Assembly: GCA_030425045.1 (NCBI GenBank)
Contig: JAUHVL010000006.1
Span: 68,677-132,676, forward strand
Length of the DNA: 64,000 nt
From: a bacterium
GTDB taxonomy: Bacteria > Bdellovibrionota > Bacteriovoracia > Bacteriovoracales > Bacteriovoracaceae
Reading direction: 5' to 3'
Under the pieces are notes generated by a model. The model did not search any database. It saw nothing but the letters and a program-made list of their open reading frames with translations, and was not told the origin of the DNA. The position numbers and the translations under genes were made by a program. Below are positions 18,646 through 28,219 of the stretch, in pieces. The first letter of the stretch is position 1, and the number at the start of each line of letters is the position of its first letter.

Positions 18646-21318
18646 TTATTTTAAATCAAGCCAGTTTGTCCCCTCACCCATATCAACTTTGAGAGGAATT
18701 TTAAGCTCAACGATATTTTCCATAAGGTCTTTCACCATTGGCTTTAAGGTATCGATCTCGTCATTATTCGTTTCAACAATAAGTTCATCGTGTACCTGAA
18801 GAATTAACTTACTTTCCATTTTATCACTCATAAGTTTTTGATCAATTTCAATCATGGCCATTTTAATGAGATCCGCTGCGGATCCTTGAATGGGACTGTT
18901 GATCGCGACTCTTTCAGCCATTGCCTTTATTGTTCTATTATTCGACTTAATATCAGGTAAATATCTCTTACGACCAAACATCGTTTCAGCATAGCCCGTT
19001 TTTTCAGCTTCTTCCTTAAGAGAGTCAAGATATGACTTCACACGATTAAATCGTTGGAAGTAATTGGTGATATATTCTTTTGCTTCCCCTCTTGAAATCT
19101 TTAATTGATTGGCCAAACCAAAAGAAGATTGTCCGTACATCAAGCCAAAGTTAACTGCTTTTGCTTTTGATCTTTCATCAGAAGTAACATCTTCGAGTGC
19201 AACTCCCATCACTTCCGATGCTGTCTGACGATGAATATCTAGATCATTATTAAATGCTTTTACCATCGTTTCATCTCCTGAAAGATGAGCAAGTAATCGC
19301 AATTCAATTTGAGAGTAATCGGCTCCGAATAATAATTTGTTTTCAGCAGCGACAAAACCTTTTCGTACCCTTTTTCCTAACTCTGTTCTAATCGGAATAT
19401 TTTGAAGATTCGGATCTTTTGAGGCCAATCTTCCTGTCGCAGCTATATGCTGATTAAAAGTTGAGTGAATTTTTCCCGAGTGAGCATTAACTAGTTTTGG
19501 TAACGTCTTTACATAAGTTGATAATAACTTGCCCACTTCACGATATTCGAGAATATGTTTAGGGATAGGTCCAACGTTTAGTACATCTAATTTTTCTAGC
19601 ACTTCACTGTCGGTAGAATAACCGGTCTTTGTTTTTTTAATAACAGGATACTGGAGTTTATCAAATAGAAGCTCGCCAACTTGCTTGGGAGAATTCAAAT
19701 TGACTTCCACATCTCCGGCTAAACTCATTACATTTTTTTCAATACCATCAAGTCTCTTTTGTAGTTCTTTTTCCATCTCTGCAAAATACGAACTATCGAT
19801 ATTGACTCCCATTCGTTCCATCTTTGAAAGAACAGGAATCATTAAATCGTCTATTTCATAATAAACTTTCTCTAACTTTTTATTTTTTAGTTCTGATTTC
19901 AGTATTCCGGTAAGGGCAAATAAAATGTTTGCCCTTTGACCGATATAGGACAATTTTTCTTCACGAGTGAGATCTACGATAACCTTTGTTTTAGAATCGT
20001 TTTCCACCAAGTTTGTCTCAAGATAAAATTTAGCCAAGTTTTTAAGACTATGATTTGCTCCTGGATCTGCAACAAAATGAGCTTGGATCACATCAAAGCG
20101 CTGACACTTCAACTCATAACCTTGAATGTCCGCATAAAAGATATCTCTTTTCCAATGCTCAGAACTAATTTCTACAGACTCACGCTCCCACGTTTTATTT
20201 AAAATAGATTTCAAGTGAGATGAATCAAATGTTCCATTAAAGAAAATATTAAATGTCTCCTTTCCATCAAAACAAAAAGAAAGGGAATGTATTTCTTTTT
20301 CAAATATATCTACTGAATTGTATTCCGTGTGCATGGAAAAAGCGGTATGACCGTCAAGTAATTCAATAAGGTTTTTGAAGTCCGATTCATTTTCAATAAC
20401 AGTATGAACCAGCTCTGGCCCAAGATTACTTGAAACTTCGCCTTGCTCTGCTTGTTGTTCGTTGTATTGAATATCCTGTAGTTTCTTAACCATCGAGTTA
20501 AAATTTAACCCCGTAAGAAAATTTATTAATTCAGCATGAGGATGAAATCTAAACTCAGTTTCTTTTTCAGTTAAACCAAGTTCCATATCTGTCACAATTG
20601 TAATGAGCTTTTTTGACAATAAGGCATCATCAACATGATTGGTAAAAGCATTCGTTAGTTTTTTTCCCGTAAAAGAATCGCTATTATCAATACAGTTTTC
20701 AAGAGTTTCATATTCAGCAAGTAATTTAGCGGCACCTTTAGCTCCAATACCTTTCATACCGGGAACATTATCTGAAGTGTCTCCAACCATTGATAAATAA
20801 TCGACGATCTGATCAGGCCTAACACCCATTTTTTCCATAACTGCTTTTTCGTCGTAGATTTTATCCTTCATGGTGTCGAGCATTTTTATATTCTCCCCAA
20901 CAAACTGCATGAGGTCTTTATCTCCGGAGGCAATCAGTATTTCATCAAAATGATCCTTCCACTGAACAACGGCGCTTCCAATAATATCGTCAGCCTCATA
21001 GTTTTCATCTAAAGCGTAAGGTAATTGCATCTTTTCGATTAACTCTTGGATTAAAGAAAATTGTGGAATTAAGTCTTCCGGAGGTTCTGACCTATTAGCT
21101 TTATAAAGATCATAGAGCTCATTTCGAAAACTTCCTCCAGCGGTATCCTTAGCAAGAAGTATGTGAGTTGGTTGATATTGCGACAGAAGTTTTAAGAGCA
21201 TACTTAAAACACCATAAACAGCATTCACAGGTGTCCCGTCAGGCGCAGTCAGTGGCCTAATGGCGAAGAATGCACGAAAAATAAAATTACTGACGTCAAC
21301 AACGATCAACTTCTTCAT
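18646..21318 (-). CDS. polA: DNA polymerase I
   Basis: 5-prime nuclease domain (VVDVSNFIFRAFFA..., GDKDLMQ, GIGAKGAAKLL). Polymerase motifs DYSQIELRLLAH, RSKAKAVNFGLMYG and QVHDELIVE. Confidence 0.97.
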   Translation of the reverse strand: MKKLIVVDVSNFIFRAFFAIRPLTAPDGTPVNAVYGVLSMLLKLLSQYQPTHILLAKDTAGGSFRNELYDLYKANRSEPPEDLIPQFSLIQELIEKMQLPYALDENYEADDIIGSAVVQWKDHFDEILIASGDKDLMQFVGENIKMLDTMKDKIYDEKAVMEKMGVRPDQIVDYLSMVGDTSDNVPGMKGIGAKGAAKLLAEYETLENCIDNSDSFTGKKLTNAFTNHVDDALLSKKLITIVTDMELGLTEKETEFRFHPHAELINFLTGLNFNSMVKKLQDIQYNEQQAEQGEVSSNLGPELVHTVIENESDFKNLIELLDGHTAFSMHTEYNSVDIFEKEIHSLSFCFDGKETFNIFFNGTFDSSHLKSILNKTWERESVEISSEHWKRDIFYADIQGYELKCQRFDVIQAHFVADPGANHSLKNLAKFYLETNLVENDSKTKVIVDLTREEKLSYIGQRANILFALTGILKSELKNKKLEKVYYEIDDLMIPVLSKMERMGVNIDSSYFAEMEKELQKRLDGIEKNVMSLAGDVEVNLNSPKQVGELLFDKLQYPVIKKTKTGYSTDSEVLEKLDVLNVGPIPKHILEYREVGKLLSTYVKTLPKLVNAHSGKIHSTFNQHIAATGRLASKDPNLQNIPIRTELGKRVRKGFVAAENKLLFGADYSQIELRLLAHLSGDETMVKAFNNDLDIHRQTASEVMGVALEDVTSDERSKAKAVNFGLMYGQSSFGLANQLKISRGEAKEYITNYFQRFNRVKSYLDSLKEEAEKTGYAETMFGRKRYLPDIKSNNRTIKAMAERVAINSPIQGSAADLIKMAMIEIDQKLMSDKMESKLILQVHDELIVETNNDEIDTLKPMVKDLMENIVELKIPLKVDMGEGTNWLDLK

Positions 21319-21340
21319 AAAAAATATTTCCTTGGGAGAT

Positions 21341-21844
21341 TTAGTTTATTCCGCTTTGTCCTTGCTTAAACCAACTGGTGGTAGCATGTCCTCGGGAAAC
21401 AACCTCGGCACCATCTTGTCCCATGACAGTGGTGTCGGCCATCACATCGCCCAGTCGATGTCCGGAGTCTAACTTATACAAGAGATAGAGCTCCAAGAGT
21501 ATGAGCGGGAGGCCAAAAAATAAAGAAAAGATCACACCCCAAATGGGAATTATCGCTAAAAACAATGGCACGGTGAACGGTAAGTTACGAACGATGGATT
21601 GCTTCAAAGAACAAGGCGAGCCATCATCAAGAGAGATAACAGAAAAACCAACAAATCTTTTACCAACAGACTGACCTTCTTGAAGCGCATCGGAAACAGC
21701 GAGGTAGATCACAGCGAGCAAAAGCCCGAGAGGAAAAAAGAGAAAAGAAAGCAATAAGGCGAGAAACATATCGATGCCTTTTGCAAAAACCCTAGACAAG
21801 TGGGCCCTTTTAATCGCTTTTTTTAAAAAATATCTTCTCTTCAT
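21341..21844 (-). CDS. RDD-family membrane protein
   Basis: RVFAKGIDMFLALLL...GQSVGKRFVGFSVISLDDGSPCSLKQSIVRNLPF fits the RDD pattern (R..a..iD, GqSlGKr..Gl.Vv, R). Three hydrophobic spans. Confidence 0.6.
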   Translation of the reverse strand: MKRRYFLKKAIKRAHLSRVFAKGIDMFLALLLSFLFFPLGLLLAVIYLAVSDALQEGQSVGKRFVGFSVISLDDGSPCSLKQSIVRNLPFTVPLFLAIIPIWGVIFSLFFGLPLILLELYLLYKLDSGHRLGDVMADTTVMGQDGAEVVSRGHATTSWFKQGQSGIN

Positions 21845-21959
21845 TTCAGAAACATTTTATCTTAGTGCGTATCAGACCAAAATAGGCATTTTTTTCGCAA
21901 AGTATCAAGACGAAAGAATGGCCTTCAGGTAAGATCGTTTAAAATGAAAGGAGAGACCT

Positions 21960-22283
21960 ATGAGTGAAGTTGAAAAAATTGGTCAAACAGATTTTGATGA
22001 AAAAGTACTTAAAGCAGATAAGCCAACTCTAGTAGATTTTTGGGCCGAGTGGTGTGGACCATGTCGTCAGCTTGCTCCAATCCTTGATGAAATTGCATCG
22101 GAACTTGGTGAGAAAGCAAATATTGTAAAAGTTAACGTTGATGAAAACGGAGAGCTTGCACAACAATATGGAATTCGCGGAATTCCAACGATGATTTTTT
22201 TCAAAGATGGTGAAGCAGCTAGAACTCTTGTTGGAGCTCAGCCAAAAGAAGAAATCAAGAAAACTCTCGAAGAACTTTCTTAA
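21960..22283 (+). CDS. trxA: Thioredoxin
   Basis: 107 aa with active site WAEWCGPCRQ. RBS AAAGGAGAG. Confidence 0.95.
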   Translation: MSEVEKIGQTDFDEKVLKADKPTLVDFWAEWCGPCRQLAPILDEIASELGEKANIVKVNVDENGELAQQYGIRGIPTMIFFKDGEAARTLVGAQPKEEIKKTLEELS

Positions 22284-22287
22284 TTAA

Positions 22288-22875
22288 ATGAGTACACCGG
22301 CCATCAATGCCCTTAAAGAAGCTCACGACCTTCTAACTTCTGTCTTAGAAGATAAAAACTTTACAGACAAAATTGAACAAGCTGCAAAGCTTTTATCTTC
22401 TACGATAAGTAGCGATCATCGTGTTCTCTCTTGTGGCAACGGTGGATCAATGTGTGATGCTACTCATTTTGCCGAAGAACTTACCGGACGCTACCGAAAA
22501 GATCGCAGGGCCCTACCTGCCATGTCTTTAGCCGATCCTGCTCATATGAGTTGTGTCGCTAATGACTTCGGTTACGAATATATTTTTAGCCGTATGGTTG
22601 AGTCTTGGGGATCTAAAGGTGACATGCTTATCGCCATTTCAACGAGCGGAAATTCACCTAACGTTATCAACGCTGTCAAAGCCGCCAAAGAGAAAGGAAT
22701 GAGTGTTGTAGGCTTATTAGGAAAAGGCGGTGGAAAATTAGAGTCCATGTGTGATGTTTCCCTAGTGGTTCCAAGCCAAACAACTGAACGAATTCAAGAG
22801 ATCCATATAAAGATTATTCATATCATGATTGAGTGTATGGAAAGAGATATATTTCCAGAGCATTATTCGAATTAA
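22288..22875 (+). CDS. gmhA: SIS-domain D-sedoheptulose-7-phosphate isomerase (GmhA/DiaA family)
   Basis: CGNGGSMCDATHFAEELTGRY...AISTSGNSPNVINAV... is typical of GmhA. Confidence 0.85.
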   Translation: MSTPAINALKEAHDLLTSVLEDKNFTDKIEQAAKLLSSTISSDHRVLSCGNGGSMCDATHFAEELTGRYRKDRRALPAMSLADPAHMSCVANDFGYEYIFSRMVESWGSKGDMLIAISTSGNSPNVINAVKAAKEKGMSVVGLLGKGGGKLESMCDVSLVVPSQTTERIQEIHIKIIHIMIECMERDIFPEHYSN

Positions 22876-22878
22876 ACA

Positions 22879-23631
22879 TTAGAACTTATCAATATCATCT
22901 ACTTCATCACTTCCGGGAGTAAATCTCGCAGGAATAATGAAATATGATAACTCATGATCTTCCTCACTAAGATGTTCCCTATAAAGTGTCGATCTTTTGG
23001 TATATTTTTCTAGTAACTCAGTTATTTCTCTATAAATATTATCTTCATCTGTTTTAGAAATAGCTTGTGCCCAGAAAATAGGTTCAAGAGATGCTCTCTT
23101 TTTTTCTTTAAAAGCATTTTTAAAAAGGTGGGTTCCATATTTTTCCATGATTCGAGACCTTAGCTGTGAAGAAGATCTAAATCTTAAACAGCTGCCTCTA
23201 AGTGAAAAAACACCATCAGTAGGTTTAAGTAAATCATGTTTAACAAGGAGACTTTTAAGTTTTTCAAAGTCGTCATCTAAAAAGCCTTTATTATATAACC
23301 ATTCTCTTGAATAAGTTTTAGTTTGAATGTAACGAAGCAAATAAAAAAGTCTTGGATTCTTTAAAAACTCATTTTCAATTTCTTGAGGTAATGAAAGATG
23401 TTTATTGAAAAGTGGTTTTTCCGCTAATTCAAATAATTCACCAATTTCAATATCTAATTTTGAACAAATAAGAAGTAACTTCTCTAGGGAGCAATTTTTC
23501 TCTTGAAAAATTTTTTTAACACCGCTTTCGCTCATATTAAGAGCCTTAGCTAAGGTACCATAAGTAAGGCCCCTTAACTTTAAAACCTGCTTAATTACTG
23601 AAAAAACCTGATCTTTTACTATTTCCGACAT
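22879..23631 (-). CDS. XRE-type HTH protein with long C-terminal domain
   Basis: HTH LRGLTYGTLAKALNMSESGVKKIFQEKNCSLEKLLLICSKLDIEIGELF. The track ORF extends to 23682, and I prefer ATG 23631 (MSEIVKDQ...). Architecture is similar to the 14332 protein. Confidence 0.6.
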   Translation of the reverse strand: MSEIVKDQVFSVIKQVLKLRGLTYGTLAKALNMSESGVKKIFQEKNCSLEKLLLICSKLDIEIGELFELAEKPLFNKHLSLPQEIENEFLKNPRLFYLLRYIQTKTYSREWLYNKGFLDDDFEKLKSLLVKHDLLKPTDGVFSLRGSCLRFRSSSQLRSRIMEKYGTHLFKNAFKEKKRASLEPIFWAQAISKTDEDNIYREITELLEKYTKRSTLYREHLSEEDHELSYFIIPARFTPGSDEVDDIDKF

Positions 23632-23731
23632 AAAAAACCTAAAAAGTACCGTTTTTGGGACCCTCAAAAAATATACGTACAAAAAAAGAATCTCTCATGA
23701 TAAACCTTTTTTATCAACTAAGGAGTCTCTT

Positions 23732-24784
23732 TTGAGCTGTTTAACTTATTTTATATCCATTCTTGTTTCACTAATCTCAGTTCACTCTGCTGAACTTAGC
23801 TCCTTTCACAGTTGGCAAAGTGATGGACCGAAGGGCCTCGAACATGGTGTTTCTTGGACTCATTCTAATAATTTTTACGTAACACATGGGTACTCGTTTA
23901 TTCCTTTTCAAGGTACACAATCACTAAAAACTTGGTCTCTTGATTTTAACTCCATGGAATGGACAGAGCTTCCTCTTCTTGGGGATATTCCAACAGGAAA
24001 CGGTAGAGGTGCTAAAAGAGGTGATCGAAATCAAGTACTCATGCTCTCTAAAGAGCATGCATTTTTTGGATCAAGAGAAATTACTCAACTGAGCCTCCTT
24101 ACAATAGAAAATAATTTCGCTAAATGGAAAAAACTTTCCATCCTAGCAACGACCGAAGAGGAAGCAAATATAGCGACAACGTTTCTTCTAAGAGACTCTC
24201 AGCTATCCTCTCTAGTTTATAGTAAAAAAGATGATAGTTTTTATACACTCTGTAACAAAGATAACTGTGATGTTTTTGAAATTAAAATTTTTGGAGATCA
24301 GGCTAAAGTAAATCTTATCAAAGCTAAAGGTGAAACACCTTCAGCTAGAATAGGTTTTGCTTATGGCTATTCTCAACAATTAAATACGTTTGTTATGGTA
24401 AGTGGCCAAAAAACATCTCCTGGCTCTTCAACTCCATTCTCAGAAAAAATTTGGACTTTAAATTTAAATACTATGGTATGGGAAAGCCAGTTATTACCAT
24501 TTTCCGGAAGAAGAAACCCATGTTTCGTCTTCGATGAAGGCCAGCAAGAGCTCGTTGTATGGGGAGGTACTTCCAATGGTTCAACAAGCTTTAATCATGT
24601 TGAAATTTACAATCTAAAAACTCAATCATTCAAAACAATATCTGAGAACACAAACAAATCAAGATCATCTTGTTTTGGTGCTTATGATGAATCAAATAAA
24701 CGGATACTGTTTGGTTTTGGAAACGGCCTTGACCAAAGTGGTTTAATTATACATCAAGACTTATGGACGATAAAAAATCAATAG
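23732..24784 (+). CDS. Secreted protein, probable Kelch/beta-propeller repeats
   Basis: TTG start 6 nt after AAGGAG, with a signal-like N-terminus. Repeated W-containing blade-like segments (WTELPLLGDIPTGNGRGAKRGD; VWESQLLPFSGRRNPCFVFD...LVVWGG). Confidence 0.45.
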   Translation: MSCLTYFISILVSLISVHSAELSSFHSWQSDGPKGLEHGVSWTHSNNFYVTHGYSFIPFQGTQSLKTWSLDFNSMEWTELPLLGDIPTGNGRGAKRGDRNQVLMLSKEHAFFGSREITQLSLLTIENNFAKWKKLSILATTEEEANIATTFLLRDSQLSSLVYSKKDDSFYTLCNKDNCDVFEIKIFGDQAKVNLIKAKGETPSARIGFAYGYSQQLNTFVMVSGQKTSPGSSTPFSEKIWTLNLNTMVWESQLLPFSGRRNPCFVFDEGQQELVVWGGTSNGSTSFNHVEIYNLKTQSFKTISENTNKSRSSCFGAYDESNKRILFGFGNGLDQSGLIIHQDLWTIKNQ

Positions 24785-25043
24785 AGTAATTTATGCTCTC
24801 TCTACACTTTGCTTAGACATATTTTTTACTTCATCACTAAGCTAAATTTTAAAAGTCGTTAATGTATTATTTCGCTAATACAAGGGTTTAAACCACGATC
24901 AAAATCAATTTGATCAACTGAAGGCTACCTATTATCAGGCCTTTTAAACTTGAGTAAAATTCTTTTTTTGCAAGTTTTTTCCCTAATTATTTGAAATCTT
25001 AGTAAAATAGAGATGCAAGAAATATTTAAAGGAGCTAGCGTCC

Positions 25044-25694
25044 ATGGAAGGTTCAGCTGTATTAACTGGTATCAATAGTTTGTCCGCCTTTATTCAGGGT
25101 GGCGGTGTTTTCATGATTATTATCTTTATCGTTTGGGGTGCAGGACTTGCAATCTCGGTAGAGAGATTTATCAAACTTAAAAGTAAAGATACGGACGGGC
25201 CATCATTTATGAATGAGCTTCAACGTTATGTTTTATCTAATGATATTCAAGGGGCCATTAGAGTTTGCTCTGGGTCTGTTGCAGCACTACCAAAGGTTTT
25301 AAAAAGTGGTCTTAAGCGGGCCAATGATTCTGTTTCACAAATTCAAAACGCAATCGATGCCACGGCTCTTGAAGTAATTCCTAAGGTAGAGAAAAGATTA
25401 AATTATCTTCAAATGTTTGCAAACATTTCTACTCTCTTTGGTCTTCTTGGAACAATCCAAGGACTAATCGAAGCCTTTGCTGCTGTTAGTGCCGCTGATC
25501 CGCAACAGAAAGCTGAGATTCTTGCACTCGGTATTTCAAAGGCGATGAACACAACCTTTTTAGGACTATTAGCAGCGATCTCAATTATGATGCTTCATAC
25601 TTTTTTAAGTTCAAAGTCTGAAAAAATTATTAACGAAATCGATGAATACTCAGTGAAGTTAATTGATTTACTGGGAACAAAACAAGAAAAGTAA
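25044..25694 (+). CDS. MotA/TolQ/ExbB-family proton channel (AglR-like by context)
   Basis: NISTLFGLLGTIQGLIEAF...LALGISKAMNTTFLGLLAAISIMMLH is the family signature. Three TM segments. Confidence 0.85.
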   Translation: MEGSAVLTGINSLSAFIQGGGVFMIIIFIVWGAGLAISVERFIKLKSKDTDGPSFMNELQRYVLSNDIQGAIRVCSGSVAALPKVLKSGLKRANDSVSQIQNAIDATALEVIPKVEKRLNYLQMFANISTLFGLLGTIQGLIEAFAAVSAADPQQKAEILALGISKAMNTTFLGLLAAISIMMLHTFLSSKSEKIINEIDEYSVKLIDLLGTKQEK

Positions 25695-25695
25695 T

Positions 25696-26235
25696 ATGCT
25701 TAGAGCCCCAAGTAGTAGAAAAAGAAAAGGTGGAGTCCAAAAATTAAACTTAATTCCGATTCTGGATGCGGTCTTCATCTTTATTTTCTTTCTTTTAATG
25801 TCGGCAAACTTTATTAAGATTTACGAAGTCTCTAGTGATATTCCGATTGTCTCAGATAGAGAACCACCAAAAAATAAAAAGCCATTGGCATTAACTGCTC
25901 GTATTTATCAAAACGATATAAAAATTTATATGGGTGTTCCCTCTCGTTTGATTAACACTGTTACTAAAACTCCAGATGGTGAGTATGATTACGAAACATT
26001 ACATAACTATCTCATCGGGTTGAAGCAACGTTATAAATCAGAAAGAGGAATTATTCTCGAGCCGCAAATAGATATTGAATACGATAAACTCGTTAAAGTA
26101 ATGGATGCTGTAAGAATGCTAAGAAAAACAGATCCTGAAATGTACCATAAGATAAAAGACAAAGAAGGTAATGAGCTTGAAGAGAGACATTACAATCTTT
26201 TTGATAAAATAGTATTTGGAAATATCCAAGGGTAA
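25696..26235 (+). CDS. ExbD/TolR-family protein 1 (AglQ/AglS-like by context)
   Basis: I prefer ATG 25696 (MLRAPSSRKRKGGVQKLNLIPILDAVFIFIFFLLM), 1 nt after the ExbB stop. The conserved TM Asp is present (PILDAVF). Confidence 0.8.
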   Translation: MLRAPSSRKRKGGVQKLNLIPILDAVFIFIFFLLMSANFIKIYEVSSDIPIVSDREPPKNKKPLALTARIYQNDIKIYMGVPSRLINTVTKTPDGEYDYETLHNYLIGLKQRYKSERGIILEPQIDIEYDKLVKVMDAVRMLRKTDPEMYHKIKDKEGNELEERHYNLFDKIVFGNIQG

Positions 26236-26238
26236 GTC

Positions 26239-26745
26239 ATGAGGACCAACCGAAGTATTAGAAATAGAGGTCGGAGACCAAAAAAAGAGGCATTTGAACT
26301 CGACATTACATCCCTTCTCGATATTCTTGTTATTATTCTCGTATTTCTTTTAAAAAGTTATAACTCCTCTGGAATTATTCTCAATGTTCCAAAAGATATT
26401 CAACTTCCCGCTTCTAACTCACAATCTGTTAATAGCATGGGAGTTAATATTCAAGTTTCGGCCAATACAATTTGGGTTGACGACCAAGTTGTTCTGGAAA
26501 CAGAGGGGCCTTTAAAGTTAAGAGGTGGAAACCTCGTGAGTCCACTTTATAACGAGCTTGTTCGAAAGAAGAATCTTATTAAACAAACTGAGAAGACTTC
26601 ACCAGAAGCACAGAAGTTTTCTGGTATCGCAAATCTTATTCTCGATAAGTCGCTGAAGTACAACGAGATTAGAAAAATCATGCACACAACGGCTGCGGCG
26701 GGCTTTAAGGCCTATAAATTCGTTGTTCTTGGCGAAGATCAGTAA
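26239..26745 (+). CDS. ExbD/TolR-family protein 2 (AglQ/AglS-like by context)
   Basis: FELDITSLLDILVIILVFLL, with the conserved TM Asp present. Lies 3 nt after the previous gene. Confidence 0.8.
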   Translation: MRTNRSIRNRGRRPKKEAFELDITSLLDILVIILVFLLKSYNSSGIILNVPKDIQLPASNSQSVNSMGVNIQVSANTIWVDDQVVLETEGPLKLRGGNLVSPLYNELVRKKNLIKQTEKTSPEAQKFSGIANLILDKSLKYNEIRKIMHTTAAAGFKAYKFVVLGEDQ

Positions 26746-26811
26746 TTATTACCAAAGCCATTGCGCACAGCACCAAATTAATGATATAAGCCCTTTAGCG
26801 AGGGTATATCG

Positions 26812-27135
26812 ATGAATAAAATCATTCTACTTATTTCTTTTTTACTTAGTTTTAATTCAAATGCAATGGAATTCACAAGGCTACATAAGCTCGTCAAAGA
26901 TACGGTTATTGATGCCTATACGATGAATCTAGGAGAGGAAAGGCTAACAATCTCAGAATATGATATCTGGGGTATTCAATTCGCCGAGAGCAACTCTGAA
27001 AATTGTGACTTAACAATGACTGGTGTTTCAAAGCGACCTACCTTTAGTATCGATTTTAGATTTTGGGTTTGTGTTAATAATTCAGAATACGGACAAACAG
27101 CTTATCTTATTAAAGATGAGATGATTGTTGATTAA
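26812..27135 (+). CDS. Small secreted protein, unknown function
   Basis: Signal peptide MNKIILLISFLLSFNSNA. Its 3-prime end overlaps the S8 protease gene. Confidence 0.4.
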   Translation: MNKIILLISFLLSFNSNAMEFTRLHKLVKDTVIDAYTMNLGEERLTISEYDIWGIQFAESNSENCDLTMTGVSKRPTFSIDFRFWVCVNNSEYGQTAYLIKDEMIVD

Positions 27136-28219
27136 AATATTCATAACTTTTATTTTCTGCTTATCGCTGCAAGCGAGAGAATATTACGTTGGATATAGTA
27201 AGAAAAATCAAAACCAATTACAAAACTATAATGTCTCCAAGGTATTTCCTAATTTAGAAATGGCTTTGATCGAGACGGATAATCCTCAACACCTTTTAAC
27301 TTTCGATTTCCACATAAAAGCACCAAGAAAATTTACTCTTGAAACAAAAAGCGTAAAAAAGAAAAACGAAACTTCTGAAAAGTTAACTAATTGGGGACTT
27401 GATAAAATCAATGCTCAAAAAGCATGGAGAAAGACCAAAGGATCGGGAGTCAACGTTCTCGTTTTAGACTCTGGAATTGATCGTGATCACCCATTGCTCG
27501 CTGGAAAAATAATTCAAATTAAAGACTTCACAAATAGCTATCAGGAACTAGGACTTCCTTATGAGGGATATGATATTACTGGCCATGGAACCCATGTTGC
27601 CGGAACGATTCTCGCCGACAACGTTGGTGTTGCCCCCGAAGCGAACCTCATCGTAGGTAAAGTGTGCATCTTTCTTTGTCGTGACCATAGAGCAATGATC
27701 AATGCTTTTGAATGGGCCCTTGGAGAAGATATAGATATTATCAATATGTCCTTTTCCTCTGATAGTTTTCCATCTGAAATTGCAAAAAGAATTGCTCAAA
27801 AACTCGAAGAAAAAAATATCGTGGCCGTAGCAGCGGCAGGCAATGAAGGCCTTTCTAAAAATAAAATTAGCTTCCCAGCCAATCAAGAGACAATCCTAGC
27901 AGTAGGAGCTATCGACATCGATAGTAATCCTGCAGACTTTTCTAATAATGGACCAGAACTTGATGTTGTTGCTCCAGGTGTAGATATACTTTCGCTATCA
28001 CTAATGAAGGGATTAAACGCTACAGACACTCACCTAAAGAAAATGAGTGGGACATCGATGGCCACACCACACACTTCAGGAGTTGCTGCGCTTGTTAAAT
28101 CTTTATATCCTCACTCAACAGCTAAGCAAATTAGAGGCAAAATAAAAAATAGCGTCACTCTTATTAAGGACGATGTAGAGACACTTAAACTGATCAATGC
28201 AGAAAAAGCAATCAACTAA
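27125..28219 (+). CDS. Secreted subtilisin-like serine protease (peptidase S8)
   Basis: Catalytic triad blocks VLVLDSGID (Asp), GHGTHVAGTI (His) and SGTSMATPHTSG (Ser). Signal peptide plus a short pro-region. Confidence 0.9.
   Translation: MLIKIFITFIFCLSLQAREYYVGYSKKNQNQLQNYNVSKVFPNLEMALIETDNPQHLLTFDFHIKAPRKFTLETKSVKKKNETSEKLTNWGLDKINAQKAWRKTKGSGVNVLVLDSGIDRDHPLLAGKIIQIKDFTNSYQELGLPYEGYDITGHGTHVAGTILADNVGVAPEANLIVGKVCIFLCRDHRAMINAFEWALGEDIDIINMSFSSDSFPSEIAKRIAQKLEEKNIVAVAAAGNEGLSKNKISFPANQETILAVGAIDIDSNPADFSNNGPELDVVAPGVDILSLSLMKGLNATDTHLKKMSGTSMATPHTSGVAALVKSLYPHSTAKQIRGKIKNSVTLIKDDVETLKLINAEKAIN

Noticed and set aside
25663-25695. N-terminal extension of the first ExbD-like ORF (MIYWEQNKKSN...) overlapping the ExbB gene by 32 nt
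   Set aside because: ATG 25696 gives the typical short basic cytoplasmic N-terminus before the TM helix and starts 1 nt after the ExbB stop. The extension is probably an ORF-calling artefact.
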